Shown: positions 39,378 to 49,344, numbered from the stretch's first letter. The stretch: DNA of 64,000 bases from Deltaproteobacteria bacterium (GCA_028818775.1 JAPPNE010000054.1:9136-73135); one strand, 5' to 3'. Notes: generated from the sequence alone by a model not told the origin. Made by a program: numbers and translations.

Positions 39378-40883
39378 TCAGCTCCCCTTGATGAAATCCG
39401 CCACTCGCTCGCCGATCATCATGCAGGTGACGTTGGTGTTTGCATGGGTGACCGTGGGCATGATGGAGGCGTCGGCCACCCGCAGGTTGTCGATGCCGTG
39501 AACCCGTAGCTGCTCGTCCACCACGGTCATGGGGTCGGACGCGGGACCCATGAGACAGGTGCCGGCGGCGTGGTGGTAGCTGTCGAGCGTCGAGCGCGCC
39601 CACCGGCCCCAGTCCTCGCCGCGCTTGGGTTGAATCGGCGGACCGTAGAACTCGGGCATGTCGCCGGTCTGGGTCAGCAAGTCCAGGAACTCCATGGTCG
39701 CCACCACGGCCGCGACATCGTCCGGATGCTCCAGCATCCGTGCGTCCACCCCCGGCAACTCATGCGGGTCCGCGCTCTGGAGGAAGACCCGGCCGCGGTT
39801 GCGCTGCTCCAGCAACGCCGCGGAGATGTTCACCGTCCGGCCCACACCCTCCAGCACGGTGGGCGGCCGCATGAAGACGTGGAAATCGCCGGTCTCCCGT
39901 GACGGGTCGCTCTTGGTGATCAGCCGGAAGGGCGGCACCACCCAGTCCACGTCGAAGCCGCCGCGCCCCTCGAAGCTCATGTGCAGCATGGCGTGGTCCT
40001 GGTAGTTCTCGCCCACGCCGGGGCGGTCGTGGAGCACCTCGATGCCGTGCCGCTCCAGCTCCGCCGCCGGTCCGATGCCGGAGAGCATCATGATGTGGGG
40101 GCTGTGGAACGCGCCGGCGGTAAGCACCACCTCGGTGCCCGCCGCGGTGTGCCGCTGTCCGTCCTTCTCGTAGTTCACCCCCGTGACGCGGTTGCCCGAC
40201 AGGGAAAGCGAGACCACCGGAGCCTCGGCGATGACGGTGAGATTGGGCCGGCCCCGGGCTGCCTCCAGGTATGCAACCGTGGTGGACTGCCGCATGCCGT
40301 CCTTGATGTTGTAGGGGGACGTGCAAAGTCCCCAGGGATTGGGGTCGTTGACGTCGCCTTGCGGCAGCCCGAGTTCGCGGGCCGCATCCATGAACACCTG
40401 CACCGCCCTGGGGACCTCCTGGCCGAAGAGGTAGTGTCGCTCGAAGTAGAGCGGCCCGCCGTGACCGTGATCGGAGCTGTCCGGGTTGTCCTGGTCGTTC
40501 TCGAGGCGTTTCAGGACCGGCAGGACGTGCTCCCACGACCACGAAGGGTTCCCGGCCGCGGCCCACGCGTCCATGTCCGCCTTGATGGGGCGGATGACCG
40601 ACATCACGTTCACCGAGGAACCGCCGCCCATGATCTTCCCGGCCAGGGAATAGAAGGTGCTGCCGTCGACCCTGCGTTCCGAGGGATACATGTTGATGTA
40701 GGGCGTCTCCAGCAGCAGCCGCACCCTCCCGGCCGCCTGCGCCACCAACTCCGGGATGGGCAGCGGATCGGGACCCGCTTCCAGCAGGAGCACCTTCCGG
40801 TTCGGATCCTCCGAAAGACGCGCCGCCGCCGCACAGCCCGCCGAGCCGCCGCCTACCAGAATCACATCGTATTCGTTTGCCAT
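39378..40883 (-). CDS. GMC family oxidoreductase (choline dehydrogenase-like)
   Basis: VGGGSAG, LLEAG, GGGSSVN, GENYQDH, HAAGTC, RVADASIMP, ANTN. Confidence 0.92.
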   Translation of the reverse strand: MANEYDVILVGGGSAGCAAAARLSEDPNRKVLLLEAGPDPLPIPELVAQAAGRVRLLLETPYINMYPSERRVDGSTFYSLAGKIMGGGSSVNVMSVIRPIKADMDAWAAAGNPSWSWEHVLPVLKRLENDQDNPDSSDHGHGGPLYFERHYLFGQEVPRAVQVFMDAARELGLPQGDVNDPNPWGLCTSPYNIKDGMRQSTTVAYLEAARGRPNLTVIAEAPVVSLSLSGNRVTGVNYEKDGQRHTAAGTEVVLTAGAFHSPHIMMLSGIGPAAELERHGIEVLHDRPGVGENYQDHAMLHMSFEGRGGFDVDWVVPPFRLITKSDPSRETGDFHVFMRPPTVLEGVGRTVNISAALLEQRNRGRVFLQSADPHELPGVDARMLEHPDDVAAVVATMEFLDLLTQTGDMPEFYGPPIQPKRGEDWGRWARSTLDSYHHAAGTCLMGPASDPMTVVDEQLRVHGIDNLRVADASIMPTVTHANTNVTCMMIGERVADFIKGS

Positions 40884-40972
40884 GACATTCCCTTCCCGTT
40901 CCGCGCCGTTGATCCCTTTCCGTATCAACTCCGCGGTTGCCGTTCAACAACACGTGTTGCGCGTCTTTTTTC

Positions 40973-41001
40973 TTGACACCGGCTCGCGGCGGACCTAGAC
41001 T
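40973..41001 (+). promoter_or_regulatory. Strong sigma70 promoter of candidate ncRNA
   Basis: T-tract, TTGACA (40973-40978), 17 bp, TAGACT (40996-41001). Confidence 0.8.
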
Positions 41002-41006
41002 CGTAT

Positions 41007-41377
41007 TGTCTCGTTCGCGAACGGACAAGAGCCCGAAACCCCGCGCGACGGTTGCGGGCTCGGTCATCAAACCACCAGGAGGTGTCAGATGACGAAAAAC
41101 AATCCGCCCGACACGGGACGCCCGCTCTAAGCGGGCAGGCGGGGTTTCCCCGGAGGTTTGCCGAAAACGGCTACCGGCTGACCGTCCCGACTCAGGTGTT
41201 GGACAACACGGCTTTAACGCCGTAATACGTGAGGGGAAAAGGCAGCACAGGACAGCAATCCCGGAAGCCCGGCAACGGCAACCCGCGGCAGGGGAGCCGG
41301 ACAAGAATGATACGCATCGACCGGCGTGGATGAACGCCGGGAGCGGGCTCTCTCGGGAGGGGAGCCCGCTTTTCTTT
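41007..41377 (+). ncRNA. Candidate ~370-nt structured RNA of unassigned family
   Basis: Bounded by the promoter and an intrinsic terminator, no credible long CDS, many hairpins and a long-range helical domain. Family could not be assigned by eye. Confidence 0.6.
41342..41377 (+). terminator. Intrinsic terminator
   Basis: AGCGGGCTC / GAGCCCGCT 9-bp perfect stem followed by TTTCTTT. Confidence 0.85.
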
Positions 41378-41412
41378 GTGAGGTGGGTTCAGGACTTCAA
41401 CGAGGCAGAAAC

Positions 41413-41754
41413 ATGGCGCAAGAGGCAACCGAAATCTCCGGCTATCACGCCCACGTCTACTACGACCCCGACACCAGGGAGGTGGCGGGGCGTGTCCGCG
41501 AAGGGCTTGGCGACCGTTTCGACGTCGTCCTGGGCCGCTGGCACGACGTCCCCGTGGGTCCCCATCCCAAGGCCATGTACCAGGTCGCCTTCGCCCCCGG
41601 CGAGTTCGCCAGGGTGGTCCCGTGGCTCTTGCTCAACCGCGAAGGCCTCGACATCCTGATCCACCCCAGCACCGGCGAGCACGTGGGCGACCACCGTGAC
41701 AGGTCGCTGTGGCTGGGAACACGGCTGCCGCTGCGGCTGGGGAAGCTGAGCTGA
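41413..41754 (+). CDS. DOPA 4,5-dioxygenase family protein
   Basis: GYHAHVYY, VGPHPKAMYQ, WLLLNREGLDILIHP, DH...WLG. Confidence 0.9.
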   Translation: MAQEATEISGYHAHVYYDPDTREVAGRVREGLGDRFDVVLGRWHDVPVGPHPKAMYQVAFAPGEFARVVPWLLLNREGLDILIHPSTGEHVGDHRDRSLWLGTRLPLRLGKLS

Positions 41755-41771
41755 ACGAAGAGAACGCGCGG

Positions 41772-42236
41772 CTACTGGAGTCCGCCGTCCCGCACCCGCA
41801 GCTTCGCTTCGATGAATTCCTTGTGCGAGACGCCGATGAGGTTGGCGATCTTGCGGACCAGGTACTCCTCGTGCTTGTCGACGTTGGCGTCGGCGTAGGC
41901 GACGGCCCAGAGGTACTCCACGACCTTCCGCTTCTGCTCCTCGGAGAAGCCGGTCTTGATGAGCGAGGTGAACTGGTAGTGGTCGATGGCGTCGTCGGCC
42001 TCCGCCTCGGCCAGTTCCATCAACTGGCGGGTTTCCTCTTCGGTGAGATCGAATTTGTCCCGGAGGGCGCCGAGAACGACGGCGCGCTCGCCCTCCGTGC
42101 ACTCGACGTCGGTGCGCATCATCTCCACGAGAAGGGCGCCGGTGGCCACCTGGAGCCGGTGCTGGTCCGACTCGCGCACATCGCGGTGCCCTGGGTCGAT
42201 CTGGTTCACGAAGAACCGCTGGATGGCCGCGAGCAT
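41772..42236 (-). CDS. TerB family protein
   Basis: ATGALLVEMMRTD, DHYQFTSLI, WAVAYAD...HEEYLVRKIANLIGV. Confidence 0.88.
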   Translation of the reverse strand: MLAAIQRFFVNQIDPGHRDVRESDQHRLQVATGALLVEMMRTDVECTEGERAVVLGALRDKFDLTEEETRQLMELAEAEADDAIDHYQFTSLIKTGFSEEQKRKVVEYLWAVAYADANVDKHEEYLVRKIANLIGVSHKEFIEAKLRVRDGGLQ

Positions 42237-42820
42237 CAGCCGCCGTTCCCGTTGAGATACCGCACCTGGTAGTCCCTCCACTTGTTCGCCGGACGGGTGA
42301 TGTCGCCCGTGTAGGTGCCGAAGCGGCCGCGCCGGCGGTCGCGGAAATAGAGCTTCAGGGTCTGCTCGACCACGGGAAACGCGATCTCGTCCCAGGGAAT
42401 GTCTTCCTCCCGGCACAGGCGCACCTCGAGGCTCTCTTCGCCGGCGCCGAACTTGCGCTCCCGCAGGCTGCCGCGGAACATCACGTAGACCTGGTTGATC
42501 TGGGGCAGGTTGATGAGGGTGTAGAGTTCCGCGATGTCGACGTCCGCCAACGCTTCCTCGCGGGTCTCGCGGGCGGCGCCCTCGATGGTGGTCTCGTAGT
42601 CCTCGAGGAAGCCCGCGGGCAGGGTCCAGTAGCCGTAGCGGGGCTCGATGGCGCGCCGGCACAGCAGGATGGTGTCGCCCCACTCGGGGATGCAGCCCAC
42701 CACGATTTTCGGATTCGTGTAATGGATGGTGTTGCAGGAGCCGCACACGTGACGGGGCATGTTGTCCCCATCCGGAATGCGGAACTCCACGGGGGCGGCA
42801 CAGGCACTGCAATAGTTCAT
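42236..42820 (-). CDS. Zn-ribbon NUDIX hydrolase
   Basis: MNYCSAC...CGSC..IHYTNP, Nudix box AGFLEDYETTIEGAARETREEA. Confidence 0.92.
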   Translation of the reverse strand: MNYCSACAAPVEFRIPDGDNMPRHVCGSCNTIHYTNPKIVVGCIPEWGDTILLCRRAIEPRYGYWTLPAGFLEDYETTIEGAARETREEALADVDIAELYTLINLPQINQVYVMFRGSLRERKFGAGEESLEVRLCREEDIPWDEIAFPVVEQTLKLYFRDRRRGRFGTYTGDITRPANKWRDYQVRYLNGNGG

Positions 42821-42973
42821 CACCCACCCTCTCGCCGGCTTTGCCGGCAGACGCCGCGGGGCTGGTGTCCGCGCGGGTTGCCGGCACCCGGTTACTATAG
42901 GGTCATACCCCGGCAGCGTCAAACTTCGGCAGAGCAGCGCTTTCGTGCTATACACGGTCCCACGGGAGACGCC

Positions 42974-44422
42974 GTGTCCACTTCGATTGAACGCCTTGAA
43001 GCATGGTTCCGGGAGGCCGCGCCCGCGGTGAGTTTCTGCTCGCTGCGCTACGTGAGCGAACGTTCCGAGCACGTTTCCGTGCGGCGCGGGGTGGTGGAGC
43101 CCATCGCGTCGGGAGATGACGCCGGCGTCATGATCACGGTGGCGGACGGCGGGGGCCTGGGCTACGCGGGCACGTGCGACCTGAGCCGCGCGGGGCTCCA
43201 ACGCGCCCTGGAACGAGCCCGCGAATGGGCGCGGCGGACCGAGGCATGCGCCGTGACGGACTTCTCCGCCGCGACGCTTCAGGAGGTGCGCCGCGGTGAG
43301 TACCGCACGCCGGTGGCGTTTCCCTGGGACTCCATGCCGTTGCCCGAAAAGATCGATCTTTTGCGCGAACAAAGCGAGCGGCTGCACGCGGACCCGCGCA
43401 TCGTCGACTGGGACGCCTCCCTGTGGCACACGGAGACCGAGACCCTTTACCTGACCGCGGACGGAACGCGCGTGCACCAGGTCCTGAGCCACATGATCCC
43501 GGGCCTGGGCTGCACGGCCAACGACGGCTCGGAGACCGCCAGCCGCACTTTCGGCGGCCGGGGCTTCTGCCGCCAGGGCGGCCTGGAGGTGCTGGAGCAG
43601 ACGGGTTTCTCCGAGGCCGCGCCGGTGCTGGCGCGGGAAGCCCTGGAGTTGCTGGCGGCGCCCAACTGTCCCACGGACACCATGGACCTCCTGCTGGCCC
43701 CCGACCAGCTCATCCTCCAGATCCACGAGTCCATCGGCCATCCCCTGGAACTGGACCGCATCCTGGGCGACGAGCGCAACTACGCGGGCACGAGCTTCGT
43801 CACCCCGGACATGTTCGGGCGCTACCGCTACGGCTCGGATCTGTTGAACGTCACCTACGACCCCAGCGATCCGGGACAGTTCGCGAGCTACGGCTTCGAC
43901 GACGAAGGGCTCGCGGCGCGGCGCGAGCACATCATCAAGGACGGCATCCTCATGCGTGGCCTGGGCGGCCACCTGTCCCAGCAGCGCACCGGGCTTGCGG
44001 GCGTGGCCAACTCCCGCGCCACGAGCTGGAACCGCCCGCCCATCGACCGCATGGCCAATCTCAACCTGGAGCCCGGTGACGCGACCTTCGACGACATGGT
44101 GCGTTCCATCGAGCACGGCGTCTACATGCAGACCAACTGTTCGTGGTCCATCGACGACTCGCGCAACAAGTTCCAGTTCGGCTGCGAGCGCGGCACCCTG
44201 ATCCGTGACGGCGAACTGCGCGAGGTGGTGAAGAAGCCCAACTACCGCGGCATCTCCGCCACGTTCTGGCGCAACCTCACCCACGTGGGCCGGCCCGAGA
44301 CCCGCGAGGTGCTGGGAACGCCGTTCTGCGGCAAAGGGGAGCCCAACCAGGTGATCCGGGTGGGCCATGCCGCGCCCGCGTGCGTGTTCGCCGGCGTGCA
44401 GGTGTTCGGCGGCGAAGGCTGA
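42974..44422 (+). CDS. tldD: TldD-type metalloprotease
   Basis: HESIGHPLELDRILG (HExxxH), GFDDEG, IDRMAN, C-terminal CGKGEP. Confidence 0.88.
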   Translation: MSTSIERLEAWFREAAPAVSFCSLRYVSERSEHVSVRRGVVEPIASGDDAGVMITVADGGGLGYAGTCDLSRAGLQRALERAREWARRTEACAVTDFSAATLQEVRRGEYRTPVAFPWDSMPLPEKIDLLREQSERLHADPRIVDWDASLWHTETETLYLTADGTRVHQVLSHMIPGLGCTANDGSETASRTFGGRGFCRQGGLEVLEQTGFSEAAPVLAREALELLAAPNCPTDTMDLLLAPDQLILQIHESIGHPLELDRILGDERNYAGTSFVTPDMFGRYRYGSDLLNVTYDPSDPGQFASYGFDDEGLAARREHIIKDGILMRGLGGHLSQQRTGLAGVANSRATSWNRPPIDRMANLNLEPGDATFDDMVRSIEHGVYMQTNCSWSIDDSRNKFQFGCERGTLIRDGELREVVKKPNYRGISATFWRNLTHVGRPETREVLGTPFCGKGEPNQVIRVGHAAPACVFAGVQVFGGEG

Positions 44423-44486
44423 ACGGTGGCGCGGCTGTTCGTGCGGGTCTGAAACGCGTTCCGGCGACAGGACGCTCTCATTCGCG

Positions 44487-45812
44487 ATGCAGGATTACTT
44501 CTACGAACTGGCGGATTTCGCCGAAACGCTGCTGCCGGCCCAGGAGGTGCTGCTCCTGGGTTTCTCCGGGGAGGAGTCGAGCTTCGTGCGCTTCAACCGG
44601 AGCGCGGTGCGCCAGGCCGGAGCAGTGGAACAGCGCCAGCTTGCGCTCCATCTGATCGGCGAGGGACGGAGAGTCGGCACGCACCTTACGGCGTCCGGCG
44701 ACGCCGCGCTTGACCGGGAACGCGTGCGCAAGGCGCTGGACGCCGCGCGCGAGCGGCTGGCCGTCGTTCCGGAAGATCCCTACCTGCACTACGCGACGAA
44801 GGTCCGTTCCACGGAGAGCGTGCAGCCCAACCGCCTGCCCGAGGACGAGGGGCAGGTGGTGGACGCCATCGTGAAGGCGGGGGAGGGGCGGGACCTGGTG
44901 GGCATCTACATGGCCGGGGGGATTCACCGGGGTTTCGCCAACTCGTTGGGCCAGCGCAACTGGTTCTCCACCTACAGCCATCACTTCGACTGGAGCTTCC
45001 ATCTGGACGGCGACAAGGCTGTCAAGTGCGCCTACGCCGGGTTCGTGTGGAATCCCGCGGAGTTCGAGGAAAAGATGGCGCAGGCCAAGGCCGAGCTGGA
45101 GGCCTTGCGCCGGCCCCCGCGGACTCTGGAGCCCGGACGCTACCGCGTGTACCTGGCGCCCCAGGCACTGGAGGAGGTGGTCGGCCTGCTGCGCTGGGGC
45201 GGTTTCGGGCTGGGCGCCCGGCGCACGCGCCGGACGCCGCTGTTGCGCATGGTCACGGACGGCGCCGTCCTCGACCCTTCGGTGCGCATGGTGGAGGACA
45301 CGCGCGGAGGACTGAGCGCGGGGTTCGACGAGGCCGGCTTCCTCAAGCCGGACCGGGTGACCCTCATCGAGGGGGGAGAGCTGCGCGATCCGCTGGTGTC
45401 GGCGCGGGCGGCGAAAGAATACGACGTTCCGGCCAATGGAGCGAGCCGGCGCGAGTCGCCGGAGTCCCTGGCCATGGCAGGCGGCACGATCCCGCGCCGG
45501 GACGTGCTCGCCGCGCTGGGCACCGGCATCTTCATCAACAACCTGTGGTACCTGAACTACTCCGACAGGGACGCCTGCCGCATGACCGGCATGACCCGCT
45601 TCGCCGCCTTCTGGGTGGAGAACGGGGAACTGCGGGCCCCGGTCAATGTCATGCGTTTCGACGAGACGCTTTACCGGATGCTGGGCGACAACCTCGTGGG
45701 CCTGACCCGTGAAGTGGAGTTGCTTCCCGATGTCAACTCCTACGGCGGCCGCTCCACCCGGAGCCTGCGCCTGCCCGGGGCGGTGGTGGACGACTTCGCG
45801 TTGACGCTGTAG
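44487..45812 (+). CDS. TldD/PmbA family partner subunit (TldE-like)
   Basis: FVRFNRSAVRQ, FDEAG, NNLWYLN, TGMTR; no HExxxH. Confidence 0.85.
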   Translation: MQDYFYELADFAETLLPAQEVLLLGFSGEESSFVRFNRSAVRQAGAVEQRQLALHLIGEGRRVGTHLTASGDAALDRERVRKALDAARERLAVVPEDPYLHYATKVRSTESVQPNRLPEDEGQVVDAIVKAGEGRDLVGIYMAGGIHRGFANSLGQRNWFSTYSHHFDWSFHLDGDKAVKCAYAGFVWNPAEFEEKMAQAKAELEALRRPPRTLEPGRYRVYLAPQALEEVVGLLRWGGFGLGARRTRRTPLLRMVTDGAVLDPSVRMVEDTRGGLSAGFDEAGFLKPDRVTLIEGGELRDPLVSARAAKEYDVPANGASRRESPESLAMAGGTIPRRDVLAALGTGIFINNLWYLNYSDRDACRMTGMTRFAAFWVENGELRAPVNVMRFDETLYRMLGDNLVGLTREVELLPDVNSYGGRSTRSLRLPGAVVDDFALTL

Positions 45813-45936
45813 GCGGCCGGAAGACGGAGGGTGGCCCGGTCGTGCTTGCGGTGGCTCACTCGCCTGTGCTTCGAGGCGTTGCAGCCGTCGAAGCCAAGTG
45901 TTTTATTGATCCGAAGCGACTCGCAGGGAGGTAAAG

Positions 45937-46788
45937 ATGAAGAGCAACGGTTACGATCGCAAGGCGGACGACCTCGGCAACATCGTCGGGCTTGAACACG
46001 TGAACGTTACCATACCCGACCAGTCCACGGCCGTGACGTTCTACGTCCTGGGCCTCGGCCTGACCCGCGACCCCTACATGAACGTCGGTCTGAACAACAT
46101 GTGGGTCAACGTCGGCGGCCAGCAGTTCCATCTGCCCACCCGCGGGACCCAGAAGATTCCCGGCTACATCGGACTGGTCCTCTCCGACCTGGAGGCGCTG
46201 AAGCGCCGCCTGGCTGTGGTGGAGCCGGACCTCAAGGGGACCCGCTTCAAGTGGCGCGAGGCTGCCGACCACGTGGCGGTGACCGGTCCTTGGGGCAACC
46301 GGTTCCGTTGCCATGCCCCCGGACCGGAGTTCGGCGACATGACCATCGGCATGCCCTACTTGGAGTTTCTCACCCGCCCGGGCACCGCCCGCTCCATCGG
46401 CAAGTTCTACAAGACCGTGCTGCAGGCCCCGGTGGTCTACAAGACCGGCAGGGCGCGGGTGAAAGTAGGCCGCAACCAGAGCCTGATCTTCACCGAGACC
46501 GACGGCAGGATCCCCAAGTTCGACGGCCACCACATCGCCATCTACATCGCGAACCATTCTCGCGCCCATGAGTTCCTGCTGCGACGGGACCTCATCATGG
46601 AAGAGAGCAACGCGCACCAGTACCGCTTCAAGGACATCGTCGACCCGACGACGGGCGAGAAGGCCTTCGAGCTGGAGCACGAAGTGCGGAGCCTCTACCA
46701 CCCCATGGTCGGCCGCGTCATGGTGAACCGGAACGCCGGGCAGACCCAGCGGAACTACATGCCCGGACAGGACGCGTATTACCCATAG
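45937..46788 (+). CDS. VOC/glyoxalase superfamily protein
   Basis: LEHVNVTIPD, QFHLP, GHHIAIY, ELEHEVRS. Confidence 0.7.
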   Translation: MKSNGYDRKADDLGNIVGLEHVNVTIPDQSTAVTFYVLGLGLTRDPYMNVGLNNMWVNVGGQQFHLPTRGTQKIPGYIGLVLSDLEALKRRLAVVEPDLKGTRFKWREAADHVAVTGPWGNRFRCHAPGPEFGDMTIGMPYLEFLTRPGTARSIGKFYKTVLQAPVVYKTGRARVKVGRNQSLIFTETDGRIPKFDGHHIAIYIANHSRAHEFLLRRDLIMEESNAHQYRFKDIVDPTTGEKAFELEHEVRSLYHPMVGRVMVNRNAGQTQRNYMPGQDAYYP

Positions 46789-46803
46789 GCGGCGTCCGTT
46801 TTC

Positions 46804-49344
46804 CTACGCCTTCTTGCCAAAAAGCTTTTCCATGCGTCCGAGGGCTGCGGCGATGTCGATCCCGGGTCCGTCCACTACCGGCAGAAGCGGGTCGGCTTTG
46901 CGCGCGAATCGTTGTACTGCCGTCTTGATCGTGAAGCGTCCGGGATCGAGCCTTGCGGTCACCTCGGTCCAACGGAGCGGGCAGGAGACGGGCGCGCCCG
47001 GCAGCGGCCGCAGCGAGAACGGCGCGGCGATGGTGCGGCCGTAGCCGTTCTGGCCGAAGTCGATGTAGACCTTGCCGTCGCGGGCGCGGAGCGGCCTTTG
47101 CACGGTGGCGATGTCGGGGAGCGCCTGCTCGCCGGCCATGGCCAGGAGGCGGGCGAAGGTGCGGCATTGCTCGTAGAGGTACCGCCGTCCCATGGGCACC
47201 AGCAGATGGAGCCCGGTGGCGCCCGATGTCTTGACCCACGCGCTCACTCCCAGTCTGTCCAGGATGCGTTTGATCTCGCGCGCGACCCGCACCACGTGTG
47301 TGAACGGGGCTCCCTTGGGGTCCAGGTCCAGTACCAGCCAGTCGGGGTATTCGAGTGAATCGAGCCGGCTGCCCCAGATATGCAGCGGGATCGTGCCGAG
47401 GTTGGCCACGTAGCGCAGGCTGTCCGTGTCGTTGACGATGAAGAAGTCGATGTCGCGCTCGGCGTCCTTGGAGTAGATGCGACGGGTGGCGATCCAGTCG
47501 GGCACGAAATCGGGCGCGTCCTTCTGGAAGAACGACTTGCCGTGAATGCCGTCCGGGAAACGCGTCAGCACCAGCGGACGGTCCCGGAGGTACGGCAGCA
47601 GCAACGGCGCGATGGCCGTGTAATAGTCGATGAGGTCGCTCTTGGTGTAGCCGTCCTCGGGCCAGAACACCTTGTCCGGGTTGGTGAGAGCCAGTTTGGG
47701 CGGGGCGGGACGGCGCCGCGGAGCGGTGGTTGCCGCCGGCGCTTCGGCCGGTCGTTCGGCGGGCGCGCCGGCCGGTGTTTCCGGCGGGTCTTCCCGGCGG
47801 CAATCCTCCGGCGCCTTGTCGTCGCGCAGGCCCATGAACGACGGGTGGCGCAGGCCACCATCATCCGTCCAATCGGCAAACTCCACCTCGCAGACGAGCC
47901 GCGGCCGCACCCAGCGGTGTCCGGTGCCCGCGGGCGATCCCGCGGCAAAAGGGGAGTCGTCACGCTCGAGCGCTATGAGCCTCTGGTGCACGGCGCGGAG
48001 AGTTCCCTGGTCGAAGCCCGTGCCCACCTTGGAGACGTACTCCAGCGCGCCTTGGCGGTAGAGCCCCAGGTGGAGTGCGCCGAAGTGCGGCCGAGAGCCG
48101 CCCGGCCTGGTGTAGCCGCCGATGACGAACTCCTGGCGTTTTCGGCACTTGAACTTCAGCCAATCGCGCGAGCGGCCGGCACTGTAACGGCTGTCCGCGC
48201 GCTTGGCGATGATCCCTTCCACGCGGTTCGCCGAGGCGGCGTGATAGAAATCCTCACCGCGCTCCGGGATGTGCTCCGTGTACACGACCACGCCGCGCTC
48301 CGGCACGAACATCGAAAGGCACTGTTTCCTCTGAGTCAAGGGGAGGGCGCGCAAGTCCCTGCCGGCGGCCTCCAGGCAATCGAAGAAGAAACCGCGCACG
48401 GGCACCGTCCGCGCCCCCTGCTCGATGTCGAACCGGTTGGTCAGGTGCATGCGCGGTTGCAGGCGCTGGAAGCTCGGCCGGCCGTTCTCGCCCATGGCGA
48501 CGACCTCGCCGTCGATCAGGAAGTCGGTGGGAGCGGTCTTGCTCAATGCGTGGACGATCTCCGGATAGCGCCGCGTCACGTCGTCGCCCTTGCGGCCGAA
48601 GAGCGTAACCGCGCCGTCGCGGCGCCGGGCGAGGATGCGGACGCCGTCGTACTTGATCTCGAAGACCCATCCGGGATCCGAGAAAGGGGCCGTGCCGAGG
48701 GAGGCCAGCATCGGTCTCGGCTTGCGCGCGTTCCCTGCCGCCGGCGCCTTGAAACGCTTCAGTGTCCGATCAAGGCGCGCAAGCCGCGAACGCGGGTCCT
48801 TCCGTTCCTCCACGGTGAGGCCGGACAGGATGGAGGCGGGCAACGCCTCCACCGGCTCCACGCCCGCCTCGGCTCCATCCTTGCTGAACAGCAGCCACTC
48901 CTTGTCGCCGCGTCCCATGCGCACGAGCATCCACACCCCGCGCAGCTTGTAGCCCCGGAGCTCGAACTCCAACGTGCCTTGGGCGAGCTGGTCGAGGGGA
49001 TCGGACGCGTGCAGGAGGCGGTAGGTGCCCTGGTCCCACAGGATGACGGCGCCGGCGCCGTAGTTGTCCCTGGGGATCACACCCTCGAAGTCGGCGTACT
49101 CGATGGGGTGGTCTTCCACATGCACCGCGAGGCGCTTCTCGTGGGAACGCACCGACGGGCCCTTGGGAACGGCCCAGCTCTTGAGGACGCCGCCCATCTC
49201 CAGGCGCAGGTCGTAGTGCATCGCCCGGGCGGCGTGCTGCTGCACCACGAACAGGCCGCCGCGGGAGACGCCTTGGCCGCCGAAGGCCTCCGGGGTGCGC
49301 TCGGGATCGCGCTTGCGCCGGTATTCATCCAGCGGCGCGGCCAT
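46804..49344 (-). CDS. ligD: Multifunctional NHEJ DNA ligase D (phosphoesterase-ligase-polymerase)
   Basis: PE: YRRKRD...QQHAARAMHYDLRLE...SWAVPKGP; ligase: EIKYDG, EGIIAK, WLKFK; polymerase: KTSGATGLH, DFGQNG, PFSLR. Start at 49344 or 49350. Confidence 0.97.
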   Translation of the reverse strand: MAAPLDEYRRKRDPERTPEAFGGQGVSRGGLFVVQQHAARAMHYDLRLEMGGVLKSWAVPKGPSVRSHEKRLAVHVEDHPIEYADFEGVIPRDNYGAGAVILWDQGTYRLLHASDPLDQLAQGTLEFELRGYKLRGVWMLVRMGRGDKEWLLFSKDGAEAGVEPVEALPASILSGLTVEERKDPRSRLARLDRTLKRFKAPAAGNARKPRPMLASLGTAPFSDPGWVFEIKYDGVRILARRRDGAVTLFGRKGDDVTRRYPEIVHALSKTAPTDFLIDGEVVAMGENGRPSFQRLQPRMHLTNRFDIEQGARTVPVRGFFFDCLEAAGRDLRALPLTQRKQCLSMFVPERGVVVYTEHIPERGEDFYHAASANRVEGIIAKRADSRYSAGRSRDWLKFKCRKRQEFVIGGYTRPGGSRPHFGALHLGLYRQGALEYVSKVGTGFDQGTLRAVHQRLIALERDDSPFAAGSPAGTGHRWVRPRLVCEVEFADWTDDGGLRHPSFMGLRDDKAPEDCRREDPPETPAGAPAERPAEAPAATTAPRRRPAPPKLALTNPDKVFWPEDGYTKSDLIDYYTAIAPLLLPYLRDRPLVLTRFPDGIHGKSFFQKDAPDFVPDWIATRRIYSKDAERDIDFFIVNDTDSLRYVANLGTIPLHIWGSRLDSLEYPDWLVLDLDPKGAPFTHVVRVAREIKRILDRLGVSAWVKTSGATGLHLLVPMGRRYLYEQCRTFARLLAMAGEQALPDIATVQRPLRARDGKVYIDFGQNGYGRTIAAPFSLRPLPGAPVSCPLRWTEVTARLDPGRFTIKTAVQRFARKADPLLPVVDGPGIDIAAALGRMEKLFGKKA

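Noticed and set aside
41007-41377. Identification as tmRNA, RNase P RNA or SRP RNA (similar length, a CCACCA at 41072-41077, a stop codon in a hairpin loop)
   Set aside because: No GGGG(C/G) acceptor with T-arm TTCGA, no GAGGAAAGTCC or ACAGAACCCGGCT, and no CAGG..GGAA..AGCAG helix 8.
41413-45812. tldD/tldE with DOPA dioxygenase, TerB and NUDIX as a RiPP or pigment cluster
   Set aside because: No precursor peptide, YcaO or tailoring genes; mixed orientations; these are common stand-alone genes.
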